IMG/VR virus record: IMGVR_UViG_3300021225_000468
Span: 32,001 to 96,000 of that record
DNA: 64,000 nucleotides
Direction: 5' to 3' (one strand)
Source: a virus
This document shows positions 9,637 through 18,698 of this stretch, one piece after another (position 1 is the first letter of the stretch; each line of letters starts with the position of its first letter). Under the pieces are notes generated by a model that saw nothing but the letters and a program-made list of their open reading frames with translations, was not told the origin of the DNA and made no database searches. The position numbers and the translations under genes were made by a program.

Positions 9637-12540
9637 TTAGATATTTTCAAAAGATGCTCCCGTTGGAGTAATAATAAACTCAACATCTATGAATTCAAGT
9701 GAACGAGTTGGTTTAATATATATTTTACCCCTCAAAGTGTTTGAATCAATATCTTCTGGGTCATTAGATACTGTAACTCTGAATTCGGTAAGACCTCTTT
9801 CTTTTTTAATTGATTCCAAAATTGGATTTACCAATCTCAAGAACTCATTTCTTACTTGTTCATCGTTTTGTTCAAACAATAACCTAATAGCTACAGCAGA
9901 AATCAATTTTCTTGCTCTAAGTAACAATCTTCTGACATTCATTCTATCAAGTGCAGATTCTTTGACTTGAAGAGTTTTGTTACCCCAAATGATTGTTCCA
10001 GTATCCGCAAATGTCGCAATTGGATTGATTCTTGCTTGATACAAATCATCTCTTTCATCCAATGTAAGTTTTTTGTACGCTTTTACTGAATTAACCAAAC
10101 CTCTTTGATAACCAGCAACTGCAAACCAAGGGAATGAAATATTATCTGTTAATGCAATATTTCTCACAACTTCACAAGTAGGTGGAACATATATCAAGTT
10201 ACTACTGTCTTGGTCTCTTACTTGAATCCAGGGCCAATATGTTGCAGAATAGTTAGAATCAACATCTAAAGTTTCCAAATCAGAAATAACTTCTTGGGAT
10301 GTTTCTCTATTTTTAGATGCAATGATGTATAATGAATCTGCTCTATCTGATTCAACCATATCTATCGCCTGTTGAGTTAAAGAACTATGGTCAGAGAAGT
10401 TGATACCAGGAGTTGCAAAAACGTTAATGTCAATCGCTTCAGGATTTGCGAAGGTTTGAATACCTTGTAAATATGAATAATAGTCGGAATTTCCTGTTGT
10501 ATCGTCAAACACACCACTTGTAGCACTGTTTGATGAATGATTAGATACATATGAGGTCTTACCAAAGATGTAGTTATCTGTGAATGTCCTTACATCTCTG
10601 TATATGTCCCAACCATCAAATCCACCTGCAGTTACAAATGTGAACTTCCTGTATCCGATACTATCTAAAAGACCCTTATTAGTACCTTCTAAGTCATATG
10701 GTGTAGTTTCAAACTCATACCCTGTTGGAGTATTACCTGTCAATGTAGAGGCGTTTGTGGACAAATGGAAACCATGTGTGACACCTGTTGAACCTACTCC
10801 TTTATATTTCAACAAATCTTTATCAAATCTATATCCTAATTGACTTGACATACCTAAAGAAACCTTTTTTACTTTATCTCCATTAGATACTACAGGAGTA
10901 CCATCAGGAAGATATCTAACGACATCACCAGCGGACAAGTAATCTTTCTTATATGTTACACCACCTAAAGTAGATGACCCAAAGGTATCGTTTGAAGAAT
11001 AACCTCTAAAACCTGCAGGAATTGCATCTGTTGGGTGATTTGTTGCCATGTTCAACATGATAAATTTTGATTTCAATTCAAATTCACCATCAGAAGTACC
11101 GATTCTCTTTGCAACATATCCTGGTAAATTCGGGTCCATTGAACATCTTGTAAATCTTTCCAAAACAACCATATTTTCGTCTGTGTCGTTGAAATCTCTT
11201 ACAATCACATCAAATTCACCTTTTTCTAAATCGATGTTCTGAACCATAACTTTTACATCATAGTTAGAAGACTCTCCATCAGATATTGTGATAACTTGGA
11301 ATAAATCAACAACTTTGTTACCTCTAACTTCAGAAACTACAAAAGGTGAAGATGAAGTATTCCATGTTGTTAAGAAATCAGTACCATCCAAATTAGTGGA
11401 GATAGTTGTACTGATACCTCTTACTAAACCATTATCAAATAAATTATTTAATAAGTTATTATACACCTCATGAACATATATTGGGAAATCTTCGAAATCT
11501 CTGTCAAACACATCTATACCTAATACTTTAGTTACGAATTTTGAAGATGCACTATCTAATGAACATGTGAAAGATTTCGCTCCACCTGTTGCACCTGTAA
11601 CACCAATTGTAAATTCACCCAAAGGATTTGATTCAATATCATCAACTTCAGTTAATGTCAGACTTGTTGCACCACTTACTTCTCTAATTAATGTTTCATT
11701 TACATATCTACCTCTTGCTCTAAATGTAGCGACAACGATATCTTCATAATCGGTGTTAACTTGTGCATTATATGTATATCTTGTTGTTGTGAAAGAAGTA
11801 GTACCACTATTATATACGAATAAGTAAGAATACACCTTAGTTAAGTCATCTGAGAACATTTCATTATACCATTCTTTTCCATTAGTATTTTCACTGTTCA
11901 AGAAAGATGTTAATGGAGATGGTTGTTCTAAATCTAAATCCAGACTTGTTGTTCCTGAAGACGGTACGTAACCAAGAACAAACCATTTATTATGGTCTGT
12001 TGACGTAAATCCACTGAAATTTTGAACAATATAGGTAGGTATTGTAGTACCATCAATAGATGTTTTACCTGATATTGTAGAATAAAAAGTTGAACCTGTT
12101 ATTCCTGTTGTTGTTGGGATAGTACTACCTGTTGTGTTACCTGATAAACTATTATCCCATGCCTGTAATGCGGTTGTTCCTGTTTGTGTTGGTTGAAGAC
12201 CGCCTAATGTTGTTAAACCATATGTTCTGTATGGTTTATAACCTGTTAAACCTAAAATCCTTGTTACGAATAATTGATTTGATTCTTGTAAATATGATTT
12301 CGCCACATAACCTAATTCATATTTTGGATTACCATTCCCATCTTTCAATGTTGAGGTTCCACCAAAATATGTTCTATACTCATCGAAATCACGAATAAGA
12401 ATTGGTTCAAATGCGGGACCTTTTAAGGTCTCTCCGACCAATCCTAAAGTTGTTACACCGATACTTTGTGCAACAAACGTTAAATCTTTTTCTGATGTAT
12501 AAACACCTGGTGATACAAAAACTCTGTTTGAAGTTGCCAT
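9637..12540 (-). CDS. Contractile tail sheath protein (T4 gp18-like)
   Basis: N-terminal SPGVYTSEKD; C-terminal SATYWPW, PWFAVAGYQRG, RINPIATF, WGNKTLQ, DRMNVRRLL, KPTRSLEFI. Confidence 0.95.
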   Translation of the reverse strand: MATSNRVFVSPGVYTSEKDLTFVAQSIGVTTLGLVGETLKGPAFEPILIRDFDEYRTYFGGTSTLKDGNGNPKYELGYVAKSYLQESNQLFVTRILGLTGYKPYRTYGLTTLGGLQPTQTGTTALQAWDNSLSGNTTGSTIPTTTGITGSTFYSTISGKTSIDGTTIPTYIVQNFSGFTSTDHNKWFVLGYVPSSGTTSLDLDLEQPSPLTSFLNSENTNGKEWYNEMFSDDLTKVYSYLFVYNSGTTSFTTTRYTYNAQVNTDYEDIVVATFRARGRYVNETLIREVSGATSLTLTEVDDIESNPLGEFTIGVTGATGGAKSFTCSLDSASSKFVTKVLGIDVFDRDFEDFPIYVHEVYNNLLNNLFDNGLVRGISTTISTNLDGTDFLTTWNTSSSPFVVSEVRGNKVVDLFQVITISDGESSNYDVKVMVQNIDLEKGEFDVIVRDFNDTDENMVVLERFTRCSMDPNLPGYVAKRIGTSDGEFELKSKFIMLNMATNHPTDAIPAGFRGYSSNDTFGSSTLGGVTYKKDYLSAGDVVRYLPDGTPVVSNGDKVKKVSLGMSSQLGYRFDKDLLKYKGVGSTGVTHGFHLSTNASTLTGNTPTGYEFETTPYDLEGTNKGLLDSIGYRKFTFVTAGGFDGWDIYRDVRTFTDNYIFGKTSYVSNHSSNSATSGVFDDTTGNSDYYSYLQGIQTFANPEAIDINVFATPGINFSDHSSLTQQAIDMVESDRADSLYIIASKNRETSQEVISDLETLDVDSNYSATYWPWIQVRDQDSSNLIYVPPTCEVVRNIALTDNISFPWFAVAGYQRGLVNSVKAYKKLTLDERDDLYQARINPIATFADTGTIIWGNKTLQVKESALDRMNVRRLLLRARKLISAVAIRLLFEQNDEQVRNEFLRLVNPILESIKKERGLTEFRVTVSNDPEDIDSNTLRGKIYIKPTRSLEFIDVEFIITPTGASFENI

Positions 12541-12577
12541 TGAATTAAAATATTTATATTTATTTTATTACTTATAA

Positions 12578-12585
12578 TATAAATA
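12578..12585 (-). promoter_or_regulatory. Putative late promoter TATTTATA (sheath)
   Basis: AAAGATATTTATA on the coding strand upstream of sheath ATG. Confidence 0.6.
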
Positions 12586-12639
12586 TCTTTAATTTGGTCA
12601 AAGATTGTTGTATATTAATAAACTTATTTTAATTTTTCA

Positions 12640-13899
12640 TCAACTAAAATATACAATACTAATTTGTGACCCAATGACAGGTGAATAATTAAAAGTAAAT
12701 TCAGAATTACCTGTTACAGAATAACCGTTATTTATTTCTTCAACTAATCCATTGATATCTACGGTAATAACATATGATATTGGTTGTATAGTTGTGAATG
12801 TTAACGATGAACCATCATAAGTGAAATATTCAGTATTTAAATTCACTATTTTACCATAATTGTCTATAAATGTATCTGAACTTTTATTCTTATAATAATT
12901 TATAGTAATTACACTTCCTTCTTCAGGAGGTTCATCAAACGTAACTTTTGAAGTTGTCGAAATGTGATAATAATCAACATCTTTTGTTTGTAATAAACCA
13001 TTTACCCCAACGTTCAACAAATTAGTCATAGATTCACCAACACTATATGTTGTGTCAACACCGTTTGCGATTATAGATACTGATTTTACATTGATGTCTC
13101 GATTTATGGATTTCTTTGTCTCTTGTGATGTACCTGTAATAAATTCATTCATTAAAAGAAATCTACTCATCGCGGGTTTTACCTCAAATTCTTCTCTGTC
13201 AACTAATAAACCTAACATGATGAATTTATAATTTTGAATATAAAACCTACGACCATCTATCGTATCCATAGGTGTAGTATCATCATTACTCTGTAATATG
13301 ATTGGTATATAGTGACCTTTTATTAATGTATATGATTGTCTTGAAGCGAATTTCTGTAAAATAATTTTATTCAATAAATTAGTGTCATTAAACTTATTAC
13401 ACACTAACGTAACTTCATATGATATATCAACAGCAACAGGTTGTGGTATTTTATATACATCAGCACCTTTTTTGTTACCATCCCATGTAGGAACTGTTTG
13501 ATAATGAAAAACTTTCCTATCAGGTATTGTCCTTTGTACAGAAGGATTAGTCCCTGGTTGTACATCAGGTTTTCTTATTACAACGATAAATGGTAATTTA
13601 ACGTTACCGTCATTATCTGAAAACGACCAATTAGTTGAAAATTCCGCCCATCTTTGTACTGTCAATATTTTATTAATTACAGGTATTCGTTCCCCATCTG
13701 ATACTACAATAAAATTATTTTTGACATAATCTAACATACCCGTATCCAAATCTTCATGTAAAATTGAATCGGGTAAATATGAATCACTTTTGGTTATATT
13801 ATCTAATAACCTTTGTCTATTATTTTGTACATCCTGACCTAATGTGGTCAGTTTGTTTTCATATACATCTATATTATTCTTTTTCTTAGGTATTGCCAT
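12640..13899 (-). CDS. Tail terminator/completion protein (gp15-like) with C-terminal beta repeats
   Basis: VKLPFIVVIR, KIPQPVAVDISYEV; between neck and sheath genes; two xNGLxx...F...P repeats at C-terminus. Confidence 0.65.
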   Translation of the reverse strand: MAIPKKKNNIDVYENKLTTLGQDVQNNRQRLLDNITKSDSYLPDSILHEDLDTGMLDYVKNNFIVVSDGERIPVINKILTVQRWAEFSTNWSFSDNDGNVKLPFIVVIRKPDVQPGTNPSVQRTIPDRKVFHYQTVPTWDGNKKGADVYKIPQPVAVDISYEVTLVCNKFNDTNLLNKIILQKFASRQSYTLIKGHYIPIILQSNDDTTPMDTIDGRRFYIQNYKFIMLGLLVDREEFEVKPAMSRFLLMNEFITGTSQETKKSINRDINVKSVSIIANGVDTTYSVGESMTNLLNVGVNGLLQTKDVDYYHISTTSKVTFDEPPEEGSVITINYYKNKSSDTFIDNYGKIVNLNTEYFTYDGSSLTFTTIQPISYVITVDINGLVEEINNGYSVTGNSEFTFNYSPVIGSQISIVYFS

Positions 13900-13900
13900 T

Positions 13901-14410
13901 TTAGAATCCTCTAAATTCGTTCTCTTGTACTATAGCACAAGTTATAGTTCTGTAATGTGGTTTGAATCCAAACATTTTATGTTTATTATCTGATGTGATT
14001 CTACCATCATTAGTGACTTGATAATATCTTAATTTATCTTCTTTATCTGCATATCCAATGTAATCACCGTATCTTATGTCTATATTTAATTCTTCTAAAT
14101 GAGATATATACACCGACACAGTTATATTACCCGCTTCCTGATATCTCATTATACCACCTTTATAAGATGAATTTTTGGCTTCATCAATTTTAACAAGACC
14201 ATTGAATTCTACAGGGGGTAAAAATTTAATATCGTCTTTACCAACTTCACCATATATGTTGTTTATATCGGTTTTATCTCTGTCTACTTGATATAAAACA
14301 AGTTTTATGTTTAAGTCACCATGCAAATACTCTTGACCTAACTTAATTTGTAAATCAAAGTCATCTTGAGAAAAAAATTTCGATAATCTTGTTACTGGTA
14401 GTTTGTTCAT
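13901..14410 (-). CDS. Neck/head-closure protein (gp14-like)
   Basis: NIYGEV, LEELNIDIRYGDYI, YYQV; upstream of tail terminator. Confidence 0.6.
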   Translation of the reverse strand: MNKLPVTRLSKFFSQDDFDLQIKLGQEYLHGDLNIKLVLYQVDRDKTDINNIYGEVGKDDIKFLPPVEFNGLVKIDEAKNSSYKGGIMRYQEAGNITVSVYISHLEELNIDIRYGDYIGYADKEDKLRYYQVTNDGRITSDNKHKMFGFKPHYRTITCAIVQENEFRGF

Positions 14411-15501
14411 TTAACTTTTTGACGTTTTATTCTTTCTTTAATGTGTGATGAGTATGGATATTTATTTTCATCCATATTTTTTATATTAATTATTTTATAT
14501 GTTTTTTCATAAGGATTTATTTCAATAAATTCTAAATCCATTGTACCGTAAATGTTCAATGGAATTGGAACGACATTATATATGAATTTTTTATAATTTA
14601 TATCATCTAAAAAACTATACTTTTTTCCAAATCTTTTTTCTAAAAAGGCTTTCAATTTATCATTCTTATTATCATGACCATATGATTTATCGACATATGG
14701 TTTATCTCTTGGTAACTGAAATTTTAGCCCTTCTGTTTTAGACACGTATTTATCATCGTCAACAATTGATTGATGACCAAAGAAAAACACTGCTTGTAAA
14801 GGTTCATTTTTATGAATCATACCTAATCCTAAATCATCAACAAATCCTTTAATTCCAATTTTATAAACTAAGTTTGAAAAAAAATTACTTAATTTTTTAT
14901 GACTACGAACTACTTCACCTATTGCATATATCATTAACCAAAAACCCCAAACACCTTCTTTTGATGTACCTAAGAAGTTTGAATATTGTCTATTTGTTTT
15001 AATGTATTCATCACATATACTTATAACCCTTGGATTGTCTTTATATAAATCTTTTATTCTATTAATATATTTCATTATTTTATCTTTACTATCATCTGAT
15101 GTATACAATACATCTGATGTATCTGATATATGAAATAAATAATAAAGTTTATTTTCAGACGCAAACGGGAAAATTCCTCTTGTAAAAAAATCACTATCCG
15201 ACATATCTCTGATTTCCTTAGTATTAGATAGTTTTGTCTTTTTTTTCAATAAAGGAATAATCGGATAACAATATAGTCCAACGGGTGTGTTATATCTTGT
15301 TCTAACATTTATTTCAGAAGTATATAAACCACTTCTAAAAGAAATAAACACATTTTTCAGATTGTGTTTAACTAACATATCTGAAATAATATCGGTATTT
15401 TTTTTTGATACTTGTTGTCTAAATAGTTTTTTATAGGTTTCTACATCTTCATTCATTAATGAAAATATATGTTCCTCTAATTGTTTTTTTGTTAGAATCA
15501 T
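14407..15501 (-). CDS. Hypothetical late protein, possible head-packaged enzyme
   Basis: 364 aa; N-terminal LTKKQLEE...LMNED; YNTPVGLYCYP and IHKNEPLQAVFF motifs; TATTTAT upstream. Confidence 0.5.
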   Translation of the reverse strand: MILTKKQLEEHIFSLMNEDVETYKKLFRQQVSKKNTDIISDMLVKHNLKNVFISFRSGLYTSEINVRTRYNTPVGLYCYPIIPLLKKKTKLSNTKEIRDMSDSDFFTRGIFPFASENKLYYLFHISDTSDVLYTSDDSKDKIMKYINRIKDLYKDNPRVISICDEYIKTNRQYSNFLGTSKEGVWGFWLMIYAIGEVVRSHKKLSNFFSNLVYKIGIKGFVDDLGLGMIHKNEPLQAVFFFGHQSIVDDDKYVSKTEGLKFQLPRDKPYVDKSYGHDNKNDKLKAFLEKRFGKKYSFLDDINYKKFIYNVVPIPLNIYGTMDLEFIEINPYEKTYKIINIKNMDENKYPYSSHIKERIKRQKVK

Positions 15502-15582
15502 CTAAAATGATTTTTTAATAAATAGTATATTATGTTATTTATTACTACAATAATTCATAGAAAATATATATATTTAGTGAAT

Positions 15583-17334
15583 ATGACAATTGAAACACCT
15601 GAAATTAAAGCTCGAAATATTTTAGAAAATTATGAAGGTTCTAATAATCAAATTTTAGAATGGAAATCTAAATTATTGAATTCTAAAACATTTACTTTAA
15701 CAAGAACACAGTCAGACTACATATACAAATACCATAATATCGTACCAAAAATTGCAAAAAAACATGTTAGAATAGTAAGTTCTTTTGGTGACAAAATAAT
15801 GGATGATAAAAGATTAGTAAGTCCACCTGAAAAAATATGGGTTGAAAAATTATTATGTGAATCTGAAAAGGCATATCACATATGGGGGAAAGTGATTGAT
15901 TCTGAAAATAATTATTCCTTTTGGATACCAAAAACTGCAATCATACAAGAAGAAAAAAAATTGAATAGAGAGATTGATTATTCTAAATATGGAAGTAGAC
16001 CACCTTTAGAACATCAAAAGACCGCTATAGAAAAACTGTTAGCAAATGATAGATTCATATTAGCAGATGATATGGGTTTGGGAAAAACAACAGCATCTGT
16101 AATTGCTTCATTAGAATCTGAGGCAAAAAAAGTTTTAATTATTTGTCCTGCATCACTTAAAATAAATTGGAAGAGAGAAATTGAAAACTACACTGATAGG
16201 AGAATCTTAATTGTTGAAGGAAGAAAATGGGGTTCAACATTTGATTTCTACATTATTAACTACGATATAATAAAAAATTATCATTCTACAGATAACTCTG
16301 AAGATAGTGATGATTATAAATTATTGGTTAACGCAGGATTTGAATTAGCGATTGTGGATGAAGCACATTATCTTTCAAATCCACAAGCAAACAGGACTAA
16401 ACTTCTTAATGATGTACTGTCAAAAATTCCGAAAGTATGGTTACTTACAGGAACACCTATGACATCAAGACCTATGAATTATTATAACCTACTAAAAATA
16501 GTTAATTCTCCATTGACTATTAATTGGCAGACGTATGTAAAAAGATATTGCAAAGGTTATCAATTTAGAGTTGGTAATCGAAAAATATGGAATACAAGTG
16601 GGGCATCTAATCTTGATGAATTGAGAGAATTGACAAAAAATATTGTTTTACGTAGATTAAAAACTGATATATTAGATTTACCTGAAAAAATTATTACACC
16701 TTTATTCTTGGAACTTAAAAGTACATTTTATGATGAAGAGTTAGAGGAGTTCATGAGGATAAGTAACGATAATAAAGAAAAAGAAAGTATCACAGTTACT
16801 TTGAATAGATTGATGAAAATAAGACAATTAATTGCAATGGAGAAAATACCATATACATGTGAATTAATTGACAAAGTTTTAGAACAAGATAAAAAAGTTA
16901 TTGTATTTACAAACTTCACAAATACATTAGATATACTTCATGAAAAGTACAAAAAAAATTCTGTAACACTTGATGGAAGAATGTCAAAAGAAAAGAGACA
17001 AGAAAGTGTTGATAAGTTTCAAAATAACGATAAAGTAAAAATATTCATATCTAATATTATTGCAGGAGGTGTGGGTATAACTCTGACCGCAGCTGAAACA
17101 GTTATTATGAATGATTTATCCTTTGTTCCTGCTCATCACTCACAGGCAGAGGATAGAGCATACAGATATGGTCAAAAAAATTCTGTTCTTGTTTATTATC
17201 CCATATTTGATAATACAATAGAAAGAATTGTATATAATATGTTACAAAAGAAGAAAAATATTATTGACCAAGTTATGGGTGATGGTGAGTATTCTGAATC
17301 ATTTACCAGGGACCTTCTTAATGAAATTTTTTAA
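15583..17334 (+). CDS. SNF2-family (HARP/SMARCAL1-like) helicase/ATPase
   Basis: LADDMGLGKT, VDEAH, LTGTP, GVGITLTAA, QAEDRAYRYGQ; likely start ATG 15583. Confidence 0.92.
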   Translation: MTIETPEIKARNILENYEGSNNQILEWKSKLLNSKTFTLTRTQSDYIYKYHNIVPKIAKKHVRIVSSFGDKIMDDKRLVSPPEKIWVEKLLCESEKAYHIWGKVIDSENNYSFWIPKTAIIQEEKKLNREIDYSKYGSRPPLEHQKTAIEKLLANDRFILADDMGLGKTTASVIASLESEAKKVLIICPASLKINWKREIENYTDRRILIVEGRKWGSTFDFYIINYDIIKNYHSTDNSEDSDDYKLLVNAGFELAIVDEAHYLSNPQANRTKLLNDVLSKIPKVWLLTGTPMTSRPMNYYNLLKIVNSPLTINWQTYVKRYCKGYQFRVGNRKIWNTSGASNLDELRELTKNIVLRRLKTDILDLPEKIITPLFLELKSTFYDEELEEFMRISNDNKEKESITVTLNRLMKIRQLIAMEKIPYTCELIDKVLEQDKKVIVFTNFTNTLDILHEKYKKNSVTLDGRMSKEKRQESVDKFQNNDKVKIFISNIIAGGVGITLTAAETVIMNDLSFVPAHHSQAEDRAYRYGQKNSVLVYYPIFDNTIERIVYNMLQKKKNIIDQVMGDGEYSESFTRDLLNEIF

Positions 17335-17529
17335 TTTTTCTAAACCATCATTAATTATCGTTGGTAAATTTTCGTCTTTTTCATTACATACACTAACGAT
17401 AAATTTTGGTTTATCGTTCTCTATTTCATAATGGGCAGAATTAATTTCCCCTTCTAATTGTAATATGAAAGGTATTTTATTTTGACAACAATATCCTAAT
17501 GCGTCCATAAATGGTTTTTCTGTAATCAT
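17299..17529 (-). CDS. Hypothetical protein
   Basis: 76 aa ATG ORF filling the gap; 36-nt convergent overlap with helicase. Confidence 0.55.
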   Translation of the reverse strand: MITEKPFMDALGYCCQNKIPFILQLEGEINSAHYEIENDKPKFIVSVCNEKDENLPTIINDGLEKLKNFIKKVPGK

Positions 17530-17544
17530 ATCTTAAATATAAAG

Positions 17545-17552
17545 TATTTATA
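17545..17552 (+). promoter_or_regulatory. Putative late promoter TATTTATA (neck gene)
   Basis: Motif follows gene orientation onto the plus strand. Confidence 0.6.
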
Positions 17553-17567
17553 GTAATAACTAAAGAT

Positions 17568-18695
17568 ATGTCCACAGTAATATCACAAACAGATAAAGAA
17601 AAATTATATACACAGATATTCCATTTATTAGGAATGCCTGTAAGAGGAATTGAATTGACTGAAGAACAGATGGATTCTTTCTTGGAATTAAGTATCTCAG
17701 ATTACGAACAATATGTAAGTAATTGGTTGATAGAATCACAATGGTCATCACTTGTAAATGTGGATGTTGATACAATTTCTTTGACAAGAGCATTCACCAC
17801 AAGAAGTTTAGATTACGAAACACAATATCAGTATGCATATTCTAAAATTGTTGGTTTACAAGCTGGCGGTCCATGGGAATTGAAAAAAGATTACATTACA
17901 TTATCAGCAAATACACAATCATACATAATTCCTGCGGGAAGAGAAATTAATGAGTTACTATGGTTCACAAGAGCAGAATTAACAGACTCCATCGTAGACC
18001 CATTCTTAGGAGGTTTTGGTGGTCTTGGTGGTGTTGGCTTTGGTGGTGTTGGAGGATTTGCTCAAATTGGTACATCGGGGTCATATTTTATGTTACCAGC
18101 ATACGACTTACTTTTAAGAATGCAAGACAGAAACATAAAAAATAGACTTATAGGTGGAGAATTAACATATAGAATTACTGCAGGACCTAATGGAACTAAA
18201 GTCGTACACTTACATAATACTCCTGGTGGTAAATTTGATTTCGGTTCGATACAACAACACAATTACCAATTATGGTATTGGTACTATGAAACTACCGATA
18301 ATAGAGATGAGTGTTTAGAGGCAAACAAAGACATCGTGAAATTACCTTCTGATGTTGATACTGAATCATTGACATGGAGTAAATTAAACAAACCTGCACA
18401 AAACTGGGTTAGACGTTATTTAATGACTTATGCAAAAGAAGGTCTATCAAGAATATGGGGTAAATTTTCAGGTGACTTACAAGTTCCTGACAGTACAATT
18501 AAATTAGATTATACATCTTTACAAACAGAGTATAAAGATGAAAGACTAAAATTAGTAGAAGAGTTAATTGGTCCTGAAGGTATTCTGACACGTTTAAGAC
18601 CAGAAAAACTAATGGAACGTAGAAAATTAGAAGCAGAAAACTTAAATGCAACCTTAAAGTATAGGGCAATGATTTACCCTATACAAGTCATCTAA
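17568..18695 (+). CDS. Neck/head-tail adaptor protein (gp13-like)
   Basis: LLGMPVRGIELTEEQMD, WVRRYLMTYAKEGLSRIWGKF. Confidence 0.75.
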   Translation: MSTVISQTDKEKLYTQIFHLLGMPVRGIELTEEQMDSFLELSISDYEQYVSNWLIESQWSSLVNVDVDTISLTRAFTTRSLDYETQYQYAYSKIVGLQAGGPWELKKDYITLSANTQSYIIPAGREINELLWFTRAELTDSIVDPFLGGFGGLGGVGFGGVGGFAQIGTSGSYFMLPAYDLLLRMQDRNIKNRLIGGELTYRITAGPNGTKVVHLHNTPGGKFDFGSIQQHNYQLWYWYYETTDNRDECLEANKDIVKLPSDVDTESLTWSKLNKPAQNWVRRYLMTYAKEGLSRIWGKFSGDLQVPDSTIKLDYTSLQTEYKDERLKLVEELIGPEGILTRLRPEKLMERRKLEAENLNATLKYRAMIYPIQVI

Positions 18696-18698
18696 GTT

